Below, piece by piece: positions 25,948 to 36,058 of a stretch of DNA of 64,000 bases; within the stretch, counting starts at the first letter, position 1; every line of letters starts with the position of its first letter. The notes beneath the pieces are model-generated. The model was not told the DNA's origin. It was given only the letters and a program-made list of their open reading frames with translations, and searched no databases. The stretch covers positions 2,671 to 66,670 of the forward strand of contig JANQLF010000278.1 in assembly GCA_028280785.1 (NCBI GenBank), read 5' to 3'. The position numbers and the translations under genes are program-made. This stretch comes from Planctomycetota bacterium (GTDB taxonomy: Bacteria > Planctomycetota > UBA11346).

Positions 25948-27255
25948 ATGGCCGATCTCAAAGTCGCTAAGTTTGGTGGGACTTCTGTCGCTAACGCAGC
26001 ACAACTGCGTAAAGTAGCTGATATTATCAACGCTGATAAAGGGCGTCGTTTAATCATTCCATCAGCGCCAGGTAAGGAACATCCTGAAGATACCAAGATA
26101 ACCGATCTCTTGTACTTAGCGCATGAATTAGCCAGCAAACACCAAGATATCAGTTCCGTTTGGGGCAACATCGAAAAACGTTTTTTGGATATTATCAAAG
26201 AGTTAGGTATTACCTGTCGCTTACAGGGTGCACTTGATGATTGCCGCAAACAAATTGCCGAAGGCGCAAGCTCTGCCTACGCAGCAAGTCGCGGCGAAGC
26301 CTTAAATGGCCGTATTGTTGCAGCTTTGTTAGACGCAGAATATATTGATGCGAGTGAAGTTATTCGTTTTGATGAAAACAAACAATTAGATCCGATTACA
26401 CACGATTTAATTCGTAAGCGTTGCAGCGAAGAAAAACGTTACGTCATTCCTGGCTATTATGGCGCACAAGAAGACGGCAATGTGTGTACCTTTTCGCGCG
26501 GTGGCAGTGATGTAACCGGAGCGATTGTCGCTAATGCGCTTGATGCTAGTTTATATGAAAATTGGACCGATGTTTCAGGCGTATTAATTACTGACCCACG
26601 AATTGTTCCATCGGCGAAAACCATTACCGATATTACTTATCGTGAATTGCGCGAATTATCCTACATGGGTGCAAGCGTCCTACACGAAGAGGCGGTCTTT
26701 CCAGTGCGCGAAAAATCAATTCCTATTAATATCCGCAATACCAATAAACCAGACGAGGGTGGAACATTAATTGTTGCCGACCGTGACCCTGGTGACCAAA
26801 CGGTAACTGGTATTGCCGGTCGTGGCGGCTTTACCGTCTTTTTAATTGAAAAAGCCATGATGAATAACGAAGTCGGTTTCGGTCGTCGTGTGCTTGATGT
26901 GTTCGAAAGCTTCGGCGTGTCTTACGAGCACACGCCTTCTGGTATCGACACCATGTCAGTTGTGGTCAGCAATGATAATTTGGCAAATAATAAACAAAAA
27001 ATATTAGACGACCTTGAAACCGTTCACCCTGATCACATTGAGGTCATCGATAATATGGCTTTGGTTGCTACCGTGGGCAAAGGTATGAATCGCCAAGTCG
27101 GTGTTGCGGCAAAATTATTCAACGCCCTCGCCGACGCCAAAGTAAATATCCGCATGATCGACCAAGGTAGCTCCGAGCAAAATATTATCGTCGGCGTCGA
27201 AGAAGACGATTTGTCAAAAGCCATCAATGCAATTTATTCAACGTTTGTTAATTAA
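25948..27255 (+). CDS. lysC: Aspartate kinase
   Basis: It has the VAKFGGTSVAN start motif, FSRGGSDVTGA, and C-terminal tandem ACT regions (ALVATVGKGM, IRMIDQGSSEQNI). Confidence 0.93.
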   Translation: MADLKVAKFGGTSVANAAQLRKVADIINADKGRRLIIPSAPGKEHPEDTKITDLLYLAHELASKHQDISSVWGNIEKRFLDIIKELGITCRLQGALDDCRKQIAEGASSAYAASRGEALNGRIVAALLDAEYIDASEVIRFDENKQLDPITHDLIRKRCSEEKRYVIPGYYGAQEDGNVCTFSRGGSDVTGAIVANALDASLYENWTDVSGVLITDPRIVPSAKTITDITYRELRELSYMGASVLHEEAVFPVREKSIPINIRNTNKPDEGGTLIVADRDPGDQTVTGIAGRGGFTVFLIEKAMMNNEVGFGRRVLDVFESFGVSYEHTPSGIDTMSVVVSNDNLANNKQKILDDLETVHPDHIEVIDNMALVATVGKGMNRQVGVAAKLFNALADAKVNIRMIDQGSSEQNIIVGVEEDDLSKAINAIYSTFVN

Positions 27256-27265
27256 AGAGAAGAAC

Positions 27266-27526
27266 ATGAAGCACATCGCAAAGGCCCTCGTTTATATATG
27301 TGAATACGTCGACATGCGTAGCGATGAGCATAATGACGAGGACGATGACATCGAAGCCGTACAGCATGTCGCTGCATTGCTCGATAAATGCGACGGCGAA
27401 GAACGCAAAGCCCTCAAAAAAGCATCTTTAGCACTAGCTGAGGAAGAGGCTAAATCCGAAGACCCTAACGAGGAAATGGTCGAGGATTACGAAAACTGGG
27501 TAGGCGAATACCTCGACGGTAAATAA
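27266..27526 (+). CDS. Small acidic hypothetical protein (86 aa)
   Basis: ATG 27266 follows the SD-like aaagagaag, 11 nt after the lysC stop. The protein is very Asp/Glu-rich. Confidence 0.45.
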   Translation: MKHIAKALVYICEYVDMRSDEHNDEDDDIEAVQHVAALLDKCDGEERKALKKASLALAEEEAKSEDPNEEMVEDYENWVGEYLDGK

Positions 27527-27535
27527 GGTTTTCCA

Positions 27536-27601
27536 CCTGGGAACGAGGGTGTCTCCACCCTCGCAAGTCGCTCCGACGATGAGGCTATCGTCGTTCCCAT
27601 G
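27536..27601. repeat. Structured element with family-1-like termini (copy C, tentative)
   Basis: The termini cctgggaacga (27536-27546) and tcgttcccatg (27591-27601) resemble the CCTGGG...CCCAGG ends of copies A and B. They enclose the hairpins cgagggtg-tctc-caccctcg and cgacgat-gaggct-atcgtcg. Confidence 0.5.
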
Positions 27602-27725
27602 CTTAGAGGGGGCGCCAGCGAGCAGCCTCTGGCAGATTGATCTGAAACAGCCAGCCCTATAGTTTCTTCCGGCCTTATAGGACACAAATGAGATTTCGTT
27701 GTCCTTAGATTGCCAGGAGGACAAG

Positions 27726-28181
27726 ATGACAGAATTACTTATTTCCTGCAAAATTGATGGGCATGAGAAGCAATCAAGTTTTGATGACTTGATTTACAAG
27801 TTAGCCGAAGAGAAAGTCGAAATCTGTGAATTGATTCGACAGATAGTGACAGAACAAGTACGATCACTTAATGCCCGTAATGATATACAAGAGCAAGAGA
27901 AACGAAAAATCATTAACCGACAATATTTAAGACAAGAAGACATTGAAGAACAGGCTAAAGACGGGCGCATTGCTGTTAACGAAGCAAGCCAACACACGCC
28001 AGACAAGCAATCTCCCCTTATTGACCCCGATAAGGAAGCTCAATCAGCCGTTCGCGCATTTAAACGAGGTGCTTATTTTGTGCTTATCAATGGCAAGCAG
28101 GTTGAACCAGGAGACGAGTTGTCTTTAACTGAACAATCTAAATTAGTGTTTTTGCGCCTGACGCCCTTGGTTGGAGGATAA
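27726..28181 (+). CDS. Small protein with a MoaD/ThiS-like (beta-grasp-like) C-terminus ending in Gly-Gly
   Basis: ATG 27726 follows the strong SD aggagg. The C-terminus YFVLINGKQVEPGDELSLTEQSKLVFLRLTPLVGG-stop fits the pattern of MoaD (...FFPPVTGG) and ThiS (...VIAGG). The middle of the protein is a long charged, helical-looking segment. Confidence 0.6.
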   Translation: MTELLISCKIDGHEKQSSFDDLIYKLAEEKVEICELIRQIVTEQVRSLNARNDIQEQEKRKIINRQYLRQEDIEEQAKDGRIAVNEASQHTPDKQSPLIDPDKEAQSAVRAFKRGAYFVLINGKQVEPGDELSLTEQSKLVFLRLTPLVGG

Positions 28182-28182
28182 A

Positions 28183-31068
28183 ATGAGCGAAGAAGCCATC
28201 AAAGCATATCGTGATTGTTTTAAAGATGTTTACAAAGAAATATATAAGATTTGGGATTTTGATAAACATTTTAATACAGAGACAAACTCTTATCCGGTCA
28301 ATTTGAATCACAAATGGGACGAGGGGTGGGAAGCACCCGAAGAACACTACGAACAGCCCTTTAAAGACTATTTCATAGAAACAAAAAAGTATTTGTTAAA
28401 TGAATTAGAAAAAAATGACAATATGTCTGTTCAAATAGTTGAGCGAATGGCTAACGGTTATGGTAGGTATGTTTCTCATCAAGAGAAAGACCCGGGTATT
28501 TCGATTTGTGATAAAATGCTGTTGAACGTGTCTACGGAGATTCTTTTGAAGATGGATGCTGGCCCGATGTCAGCGCATCTTGAAAAGATTATTGAGGACA
28601 TGCTCAAACAACCTTTCATAGAAAACGAGTTTAAGCCGCAAATAGATGAAGTATTTAAATTTATCGATAAACCACATAGTCAAACATTATTAGATATTTG
28701 TAAAAAGGTTTTACTGGGTGCTTATCAAGACACCATCGAATATCCAAGTGAGTGGACAGAGATGTACGAAGTTAAAGAGGAGGGCGGAAGTTCGATACAC
28801 GCACTGACCTCAGTATTTAGCCTATATCTGAACATTTGTCTCCGTAACATGATGGAATCATTAATCAAAGCAGGACAATTCACCTATGAAGAATTTAAAA
28901 AATCCACCGAAGTGTTTGAAAATCTTGCAGGAGCTGGCTTAGACCTTGATGAGGAATACGGGTCGCATGAAACGTTGTTAAAATATTTTAATATGATGAA
29001 TTATGAAATGTTAGATACGAACGATCCGAATCTGGACAGATATTTTTCACGCTACGAATCAGTTTCGGGATATGAATATTTAATAAAGGGCTGTCATTTA
29101 CTCGAACAAACCAAACAGAAAATCAATTCTGAAAACAGAAAGCTGTTCGACATTCGGTTTTTATACGAGGACGAAGACAAGGTCTACAAAGAGCTTTTAC
29201 AATTTAAACCAGATACGCTTATCAAAGTGTTGCCATTTGCAGGGGCAGCCCAGTTTGCCGTGGCAAGGGCTATAGAATCTCAAACAGAGATGAAGGGTGT
29301 CGAACGTTTGTGTGTTAATCTGAATGATCTATTCAAAGATTTCGCCTGCGAGGATTATGTTGATCGCTACAAAGAAGTTGAGGCAACATCTCCAGATCCA
29401 AGCAAGGGCATTATAGACATATTAGATTGGAGGCAGGTATTTGATGATTTGGGCGAAAAAGGATCACGACAAATAATAAAAGAGTTTAACAAGAACAAAG
29501 ATGTAAAATCTGTTTATAAACTCTTATTGTATCCCGAGATCATGCTAGGAGAGAATGAGAAAACTATTCAAAAACGCATTAAGTCACGAAATCAAATAGC
29601 GATTCGTTCCTATGGCCTATGGCCGATTGATAAAAAGAAAGATCGCAAAAAGCAATTGTCTGAACGTTTTGCGTTTTACGAAAATTTTCTCAAGGAAAGT
29701 CAAAAATATGGCCAACAGCGACGGACTAACGAGGCTGCTGCATGTAAAGCAGGCTTGGAAAATTTAGCCAGAAACTTTGGCTATGAAGATGCTGCACGTA
29801 TGGAATTAGCCATAATGGCTGATGCGGCACAGGAAATACCCAAGCCGTTCTCGGATAAAACTTATGCCATTTCTGTTGATAATGGCAGCTTGGTTTGCGA
29901 ACTCGTTATCGAAAAGTCTGGAAAACGTATTAAGTCGATTCCCGCAGCACTTAAGAAGAACAAGCAGGTTGTAGCCCTCAAGGATTTTGTGAGCGAGCAG
30001 AAAAAAATGTTTACGCGCTATCGTCGCACACTCGAAAACATGTGTGTTAATCGCGAACAACTGTCCGTTGCCGACATAAAAGACATTAGTCGAATGAATT
30101 GTGTTGGGCAGATGTTAAAGCGCTTGGTGCTATACACGGATACAGAAACTTTTGTAACGTATGATCTTGACACACAATCCTTTTTTGACATTTCTTTGAA
30201 AAAGGCAAAGGCGTTTAAGTCATGCACGATTGCTCACCCACAGGATTTTTATAAGCACAAATTGCTCTCTCAGTGGCAGCAAGAAATTGTTAAAAGAGAA
30301 ATAATACAACCATTTAAACAAGTGTTCAGAGAGTTGTATGTGGCAACACCGGCAGAACTAAAAACAAAGAACCAATCGATGCGCTTTGCCAATCATTGTC
30401 TTAATTCGCGGCAATTTTCAGCATTGCTTTCTAATCGAGGCTGGACCGTAAAAACAGGTTACGACTGGTGTATACTGAAATTGTTGCCAGCGTGGGGTTT
30501 TCAGGTCGAACTGGAGCTTGGTGGTGATATTGGGCATTATTTAACTGAACTTGAGACGGCGACAACAGGACCACTTACATTTTCAAAATATCCATCAAGT
30601 GGCGATCGTGAAAAAGACACATTGCTCATAAAAGATGTCCCGGCTCAAGCCTTTTCCGAAATTATGCGCGATATGGATTTATTTTGCAGCGTTGCACATA
30701 CAACAGAAGAGGATGTCTATTACACGTTCGAACGCAATTCGAGTAATACTGAGTTAGCCAAAACTATACTTGAAAACCTCGGCATAGAAGGCATCGGTTT
30801 TGATGGAAACTTTGTAAAAGTCAGCGGTAGTCTCGCAAATTATCGGGTAAACCTTAACAGCGGCGCCGTACACATCGATCCGGGTTCCCATGTTTGCATC
30901 GTGCCTGATCGTTCAGCAGCAAAATATAAGCCAGACTATTTACCCTTTATCGATAAGGAGGATCCGACGCTGAGCATTGTTATCAGTAAAGTGATTCTTC
31001 TGTATAACGATAAAAAGATTAAGGATGCGGTGATTCTTGATCAGATCAAAGCCAGCCAAGGTGCTTAG
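28183..31068 (+). CDS. Large cytoplasmic protein, probable DUF4132 (MolR/YehI-type) family
   Basis: ATG 28183 lies 1 nt after the upstream stop, and the SD ggagga is formed by the upstream Gly-Gly codons. QPFKQVFRELYVATPAE and the C-terminal block YRVNLNSGAVHIDPGSHVCIVPD match my recollection of DUF4132 proteins. There is no signal peptide or TM helix. Confidence 0.6.
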   Translation: MSEEAIKAYRDCFKDVYKEIYKIWDFDKHFNTETNSYPVNLNHKWDEGWEAPEEHYEQPFKDYFIETKKYLLNELEKNDNMSVQIVERMANGYGRYVSHQEKDPGISICDKMLLNVSTEILLKMDAGPMSAHLEKIIEDMLKQPFIENEFKPQIDEVFKFIDKPHSQTLLDICKKVLLGAYQDTIEYPSEWTEMYEVKEEGGSSIHALTSVFSLYLNICLRNMMESLIKAGQFTYEEFKKSTEVFENLAGAGLDLDEEYGSHETLLKYFNMMNYEMLDTNDPNLDRYFSRYESVSGYEYLIKGCHLLEQTKQKINSENRKLFDIRFLYEDEDKVYKELLQFKPDTLIKVLPFAGAAQFAVARAIESQTEMKGVERLCVNLNDLFKDFACEDYVDRYKEVEATSPDPSKGIIDILDWRQVFDDLGEKGSRQIIKEFNKNKDVKSVYKLLLYPEIMLGENEKTIQKRIKSRNQIAIRSYGLWPIDKKKDRKKQLSERFAFYENFLKESQKYGQQRRTNEAAACKAGLENLARNFGYEDAARMELAIMADAAQEIPKPFSDKTYAISVDNGSLVCELVIEKSGKRIKSIPAALKKNKQVVALKDFVSEQKKMFTRYRRTLENMCVNREQLSVADIKDISRMNCVGQMLKRLVLYTDTETFVTYDLDTQSFFDISLKKAKAFKSCTIAHPQDFYKHKLLSQWQQEIVKREIIQPFKQVFRELYVATPAELKTKNQSMRFANHCLNSRQFSALLSNRGWTVKTGYDWCILKLLPAWGFQVELELGGDIGHYLTELETATTGPLTFSKYPSSGDREKDTLLIKDVPAQAFSEIMRDMDLFCSVAHTTEEDVYYTFERNSSNTELAKTILENLGIEGIGFDGNFVKVSGSLANYRVNLNSGAVHIDPGSHVCIVPDRSAAKYKPDYLPFIDKEDPTLSIVISKVILLYNDKKIKDAVILDQIKASQGA

Positions 31069-31137
31069 AAGCAAAGACTTATGTCGGATTTTTGGGCCTA
31101 GCGCGTCTATCAGGTACCTCGTATAGTTGGAAGTCCC

Positions 31138-33009
31138 ATGCGCTCATATTGTTTCGGTCTAATTTGTATAAGTACATTGATACTAGTGGTTTGGATGGCG
31201 CAATCACAGCCCGAATCAATTCCTGACAAGCCTCAGCTGAGTCCACGTCAGCAAGCCTTTGTCGATGATTTTGCTAACAGTCTGCCGCGGATGGTTTGCT
31301 TTGCTCCGGGTACACCAGTGCATTTCCAACAAGAGATGGATAAGGCTTCGACCGTAGCCATGACTAAGGCTTTTAAGATCGAACGACATCGCTCAAATTT
31401 TACTTTTAAAAATTCATCGCGATGGGATCAGACAGCCACAGATGGTTCTACTGGAGGAAGCGCAAATGCAGGAGAAGGTCTTACCTTAACGTGGTCGATT
31501 GTGCCAGATGGCACAACAATCATCGGTGGTCAGAGTGAAGGCGATGGACCAAGCGATTTACGTGCGCGTTTAGATGTTTTATATCCAGGCGGTGAAGCGC
31601 AGTGGCTACCATTTTTTCAAAGTGTTTTTGATGATTGGGCAGCAGTCAGTGGCATTACCTATGTCTATGTGACTTACGATGACGGTGCCGATGTAGGTAA
31701 TATTTCGAATACCAAAGGCGAATTAGGCACACGCGCTGATATTCGTATTGCCGGTCAGGATATCGACGGTGATGCAGGAATTTTGGCCTATAATTATTTT
31801 CCTGAAAATGGCGATATGATTATCGACACCAATGATGATTATTTTGATCCGATAACGCACGGTGCAGTACTCGCTGAATTGCGTTTACGTAATGTCATCG
31901 CTCACGAGCATGGACACGGTTTAGGCTTAGGGCATGTGTGCCCGGTTAATAATACCAAATTAATGGAGCCATTTTTAGCAACGGCCTTTGATGGTCCTCA
32001 ACATGATGATATCCGTGGCGTGCAAAAAGGTTACGGTGATGTCAATGGAACCAATAACGATAAAGACGCTGCCATCGCCTTAACATTAAATCATGATGAT
32101 ACGACAAGCGTGCAAGGTGTAAGCTTAGACAAGAACAGCGAAGAAGATTTTTATAGTATTAATGTGGCTCAAGCAGGCATTTTAAATGTTACCGTAACAC
32201 CCGTGGGTGGCGCATATTATACCGGACCACAAGATTCCTCATGTCTCGGTAGTGAATACGATTCGTCAGCACAAGAAAACTTAGTAATTACCGTTTTAGA
32301 GTCCGACGGTTTAACCGTGGTAACTAATGTTGATAATTGGGCTATTGGCAAACATGAAAAAACCCAGGCAGTTAATATTAGCAGCACCGGCACTTATTTT
32401 ATTAAAATAAGCAGCAGCGGTGGTAGCAGCGACGTGCAAATGTATGATTTAGACCTAAGTATTGGCGACGAAATATTTGCCATGGGTGTCCCAACGGACG
32501 AAACGGATTTAGCATTTGCTGATGTCGGAATTGGCGGCGCAACAGTACAATTATTTAATGCAGCAACGCAGGCCTATGAAAGCACGAGTGATGTTGACAC
32601 GCAACAAGGCTACTGGGTTAAAATTGCTCCGTTTAATCCAGATTTTGCTGCACGCAGCACGGTAGTTGGAACCGTTACCTATACCTTAAATCAGGGTTGG
32701 AATTTATTAAGCATTCCTAGTGATGTCTGTTTTCACTGGGATACGGCAATGATTGATATAGAAAACGCCAGTGTTACCGAAGACCTCTTAACCGCGGCCC
32801 AGGTTGAGGCATGGGTAGAAGATTATGCTTGGGTGTATAACCAAACGAATCGTGTTTATGAGCCCGTTTACGACAATGGCGTATTAAGTGTTGGGGCAGA
32901 TCATATTGAACCCGGGCAAAGCTTTTGGTTTTATAGTCACATCAACGGAACCAAATTAATTTTAAACGTACCAGCTTCTGCAATGTGTCGTGTAGAGGTG
33001 GCACCATGA
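31138..33009 (+). CDS. Secreted metzincin zinc metalloprotease (M10-like) with C-terminal beta-rich domains
   Basis: It has an N-terminal signal anchor and the HEXXHXXGXXH motif AHEHGHGLGLGH. Confidence 0.8.
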   Translation: MRSYCFGLICISTLILVVWMAQSQPESIPDKPQLSPRQQAFVDDFANSLPRMVCFAPGTPVHFQQEMDKASTVAMTKAFKIERHRSNFTFKNSSRWDQTATDGSTGGSANAGEGLTLTWSIVPDGTTIIGGQSEGDGPSDLRARLDVLYPGGEAQWLPFFQSVFDDWAAVSGITYVYVTYDDGADVGNISNTKGELGTRADIRIAGQDIDGDAGILAYNYFPENGDMIIDTNDDYFDPITHGAVLAELRLRNVIAHEHGHGLGLGHVCPVNNTKLMEPFLATAFDGPQHDDIRGVQKGYGDVNGTNNDKDAAIALTLNHDDTTSVQGVSLDKNSEEDFYSINVAQAGILNVTVTPVGGAYYTGPQDSSCLGSEYDSSAQENLVITVLESDGLTVVTNVDNWAIGKHEKTQAVNISSTGTYFIKISSSGGSSDVQMYDLDLSIGDEIFAMGVPTDETDLAFADVGIGGATVQLFNAATQAYESTSDVDTQQGYWVKIAPFNPDFAARSTVVGTVTYTLNQGWNLLSIPSDVCFHWDTAMIDIENASVTEDLLTAAQVEAWVEDYAWVYNQTNRVYEPVYDNGVLSVGADHIEPGQSFWFYSHINGTKLILNVPASAMCRVEVAP

Positions 33010-33449
33010 AATATATAAGTTTGAGTCTTTTAATATGCTTATGTGCCTGTGGAGGCGGCAGTGGCGGCAGCTCATTTTCGAAAAAAAGCGCGGCAGCGAC
33101 GTCTCCACCCAGTATCAGCGATATTAGCATTACGCCGATTAATTTACGCTTCACCGGCGGAAATGTGCAAGTTGATTGCACCGTTACAGATAATCGGGGT
33201 GTGGTATCGGTTGATGTTGATGTTGCCGGCCCATCGGGTTCGCAAGTCTTTGCGATGACCGCAAGTGGTGATGATTACAGCGCTACCGTCCCTGTTTCAG
33301 CCAATGAAAATATTTATGAAGAAAATGCCATTTATACATTCGTTATTAAAGCAACCGACACCGATAATAATAAATTCAACAGTACATCGTTTACGGTAAC
33401 CGTTCAGGCAATGAAACGACCGCCCGATCCGCCAGCTGTTATTCCTTAA
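32985..33449 (+). CDS. Lipoprotein with an Ig-like domain
   Basis: It has the lipobox LCACGG and a Gly/Ser linker, followed by a beta-rich domain. It overlaps the protease gene by 25 nt. Confidence 0.5.
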   Translation: MSCRGGTMKYISLSLLICLCACGGGSGGSSFSKKSAAATSPPSISDISITPINLRFTGGNVQVDCTVTDNRGVVSVDVDVAGPSGSQVFAMTASGDDYSATVPVSANENIYEENAIYTFVIKATDTDNNKFNSTSFTVTVQAMKRPPDPPAVIP

Positions 33450-34458
33450 TACGTCGCAAGGCAGCAGCGACCACCGCTTCGACCATTTCAAGCATGCCAT
33501 TAACTTGATCAGCAAATGGCACGGCACGAAAACCAAAGTTTTCTTTTAAATCATTAATATGCTTTAGTGGCTCATCACTTATCATTAAAGTGTTGATTAA
33601 TTCCCGCCAATCACCTTTACCTGGTTGATCAATAGAAAATAACGGAAATTCACTGACTGCGCAAAGCGGTAAAGGTTTCTGTGCTTTGGCACAACGTAAA
33701 CGCGCCGCGTCCATAGAACCATAGGCAAAATGATCGGCAAATATCTGTTCAGTTTGCTTGGCCCAAAAACGCATAGCGATGCCGCTCGGTGTGGTGCAGA
33801 ATCCTTTACCACTGCGGCGGAAGCCTTTGTCGCCATAACGAAAGCTTTCGTGCAAATTAAAATTATTATTGTCAGCGGTGTTTTTTAAATCGGACCACAA
33901 TATTTCATCACGCATGGCTAAATGATCTAATAAAAACCATGCGCCTTCGGCAACAGCCATGCCATGTAAACTTAAATGAGCAATCGCTGGCCCTTGTGCA
34001 TCTAAAAAGTCTGCAGCTGCTGCGCATTCTGGCAAAATAGTTCCACCCCACGGCGCACCGGGCCACGCAAATTCGCGATCAGCGCCAGGTAAGCGACGTA
34101 AACGATGTTGCATATACCGAACAGGATCAGTTGCTTTTTCAAACGGGTCTAACCATTCACGTTGTTCATAAATGCCATCGATATCTAAAATCGGTACGAT
34201 TGCCAAACGTACCTGCTGTAAAATTGCAGACTTACTAAAGCGTTTAGCTAGCGCTAACGCAGCAACAGGACCAGCGGGTTCATCAGGGTGGGCGCCAGCA
34301 ACAATGCTTACTGTTGGCTTTTTTGGATCGCCAATGGTGTAGGCGAATAATTCATGGTCATCTGCGCTATTACCAATGTAGGCAACCGTCGCACCCTGTT
34401 CGTGCAGGGCTGCACTATCATCTGCGCTCATGGCTTGGTGTACGGGTTGCATAGACAA
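33439..34458 (-). CDS. M14-like zinc carboxypeptidase / succinylglutamate desuccinylase-superfamily protein
   Basis: VAGAHPDEPAGP (an HxxE zinc motif) and a later SLHGM histidine are typical of the M14/AstE-AspA fold. Confidence 0.6.
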   Translation of the reverse strand: MSMQPVHQAMSADDSAALHEQGATVAYIGNSADDHELFAYTIGDPKKPTVSIVAGAHPDEPAGPVAALALAKRFSKSAILQQVRLAIVPILDIDGIYEQREWLDPFEKATDPVRYMQHRLRRLPGADREFAWPGAPWGGTILPECAAAADFLDAQGPAIAHLSLHGMAVAEGAWFLLDHLAMRDEILWSDLKNTADNNNFNLHESFRYGDKGFRRSGKGFCTTPSGIAMRFWAKQTEQIFADHFAYGSMDAARLRCAKAQKPLPLCAVSEFPLFSIDQPGKGDWRELINTLMISDEPLKHINDLKENFGFRAVPFADQVNGMLEMVEAVVAAALRRIKE

Positions 34459-34544
34459 AGTGTATCTTTTGGTCTGCTGTGAACAGCCCAGGTGCTTGCT
34501 CAGGTCCTACACTTTGCAAAGTAGGCGCTGATTGGAGCGCGCCC

Positions 34545-36035
34545 ATGTCTCGATTTACCGCTGTCTTTGATGTAGGCAAAACGAACAAAAAAGTTTTGAT
34601 TTTAAACGAGCAACTTGAAACCGTTGCTTCTGCTTATCAGCAATTCCCTGCCGATGAGAGCGGTAATGTACACATCGAACAATTTGCTGAAGCGCGCGAT
34701 TGGTTACTTGAACAATTAAAAACTTTTGCCAAAGAATACGACATCGCCGCCATCTCGGTAACTACGCATGGGGCCACGGTTGTGTTTATTGATGAGGCTG
34801 GTGCATTTACTGTACCACCAATTGCCTACACCAGCTCCGTGCCGCAAGAACTCTATGATAAATTTTACGCTGAGTTTGGTAGCCAGCGCGAACTACATGA
34901 AAAAGTTGCAACGCCATTTTTAGGTAGCTTATTAAATTACGGTTTATGTGTGTATTTCGCCCAAGATGCCTATCCAGATGAATACGCGGCTACTAAACAT
35001 ATTTTAACCTTGCCAAGTTATTTTGTACATGCGTTAACTGGTTTAGCAGGCGCTGAACCAACTAGCATCGGTTGTCATTCCTATCTCTGGGATTTTAACG
35101 AAAGCACTTGGTCATTTATTGCTAAGGGCATGGGTATTTTAGATAAGGTACCAAGCGAGATTCATCAATCACAGGAAGTCATCGGCACCGTTTCTGCAGC
35201 AGTAGCCGAACAAACCGGATTGCCGGCGGACTGTAAGGTAACCTACGGTGTCCACGACTCGAATTCGTCCCTGGTTCCATATTTGGCCCACAGTACCGGC
35301 AAGTTTATTTTAAATTCAACGGGTACCTGGTGCGTGTGCATGTGTCCGAATGATGAAATTTCATTTAGCGAAGATGAAATGAATGCCGGTGCTTTTTATA
35401 ATATTAGCGCACTTGGTCAGCCGGTTAAAACTGCCATTTTTATGGGCGGTAATGAGCACGACACTTGGGTCACGGCATTAAAAGAGCACAGTGACTTTGA
35501 ACACTTTCCTAGTTTTGACCCCAAAGTTTATCAACAGGTCATCAGTGATAAATCCTGCTTTATTTTACCGGGCGTTATTGATACCGGCCCATTCCCACAA
35601 TCGGTTTCGCGGGTTCATGAAAATGGCACCGACTACTTATTAAAAGACATTGCCGCTAACAGACCGCCGTGCTTTGCCAACAGTTTGTATGCTTATGCGG
35701 CATTAAATATTTCGTTGGCTGTTCAAAGCCGTGCCAATTTTCAAAACATCGGCCTAGAAGATGGTATGACGATTTACATCGAAGGCGGTTTCCGCCGTAA
35801 TAAATCCTACCATGCATTGTTAGCAGCCTTGTGCCCGAAAAATAAATTCGTCCTCAGTTGCTTGGAAGAGGCGACGGCCTTTGGTGCGGCCTTAATGAAT
35901 GTTGCTGCTTTAGAAGGTAAATCGCTGAATGATATCGGTGATAAATTTACGATTATCACTGATGATATTGCTATCCCAGATCTTGAAGGTTTCGAGGAAT
36001 ACGCCGAAGCTTTTTTGAAATTAGCTGCCTCATAA
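34545..36035 (+). CDS. FGGY-family carbohydrate kinase
   Basis: AVFDVGKTNKKVLI at the N-terminus, GVHDSNSS, and the overall two-domain length fit FGGY kinases. ATG 34545 was chosen. The substrate is unknown. Confidence 0.7.
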   Translation: MSRFTAVFDVGKTNKKVLILNEQLETVASAYQQFPADESGNVHIEQFAEARDWLLEQLKTFAKEYDIAAISVTTHGATVVFIDEAGAFTVPPIAYTSSVPQELYDKFYAEFGSQRELHEKVATPFLGSLLNYGLCVYFAQDAYPDEYAATKHILTLPSYFVHALTGLAGAEPTSIGCHSYLWDFNESTWSFIAKGMGILDKVPSEIHQSQEVIGTVSAAVAEQTGLPADCKVTYGVHDSNSSLVPYLAHSTGKFILNSTGTWCVCMCPNDEISFSEDEMNAGAFYNISALGQPVKTAIFMGGNEHDTWVTALKEHSDFEHFPSFDPKVYQQVISDKSCFILPGVIDTGPFPQSVSRVHENGTDYLLKDIAANRPPCFANSLYAYAALNISLAVQSRANFQNIGLEDGMTIYIEGGFRRNKSYHALLAALCPKNKFVLSCLEEATAFGAALMNVAALEGKSLNDIGDKFTIITDDIAIPDLEGFEEYAEAFLKLAAS

Positions 36036-36058
36036 AAGAGGGATAAAAGGAACTGCAC

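Noticed and set aside
27434-27751. Minus-strand ORFs 27434-27751 and 27487-27687 over the structured leader
   Set aside because: They cover a hairpin-dense intergenic region and are antisense to the ends of better-supported genes. They have no SD and no recognisable domain.
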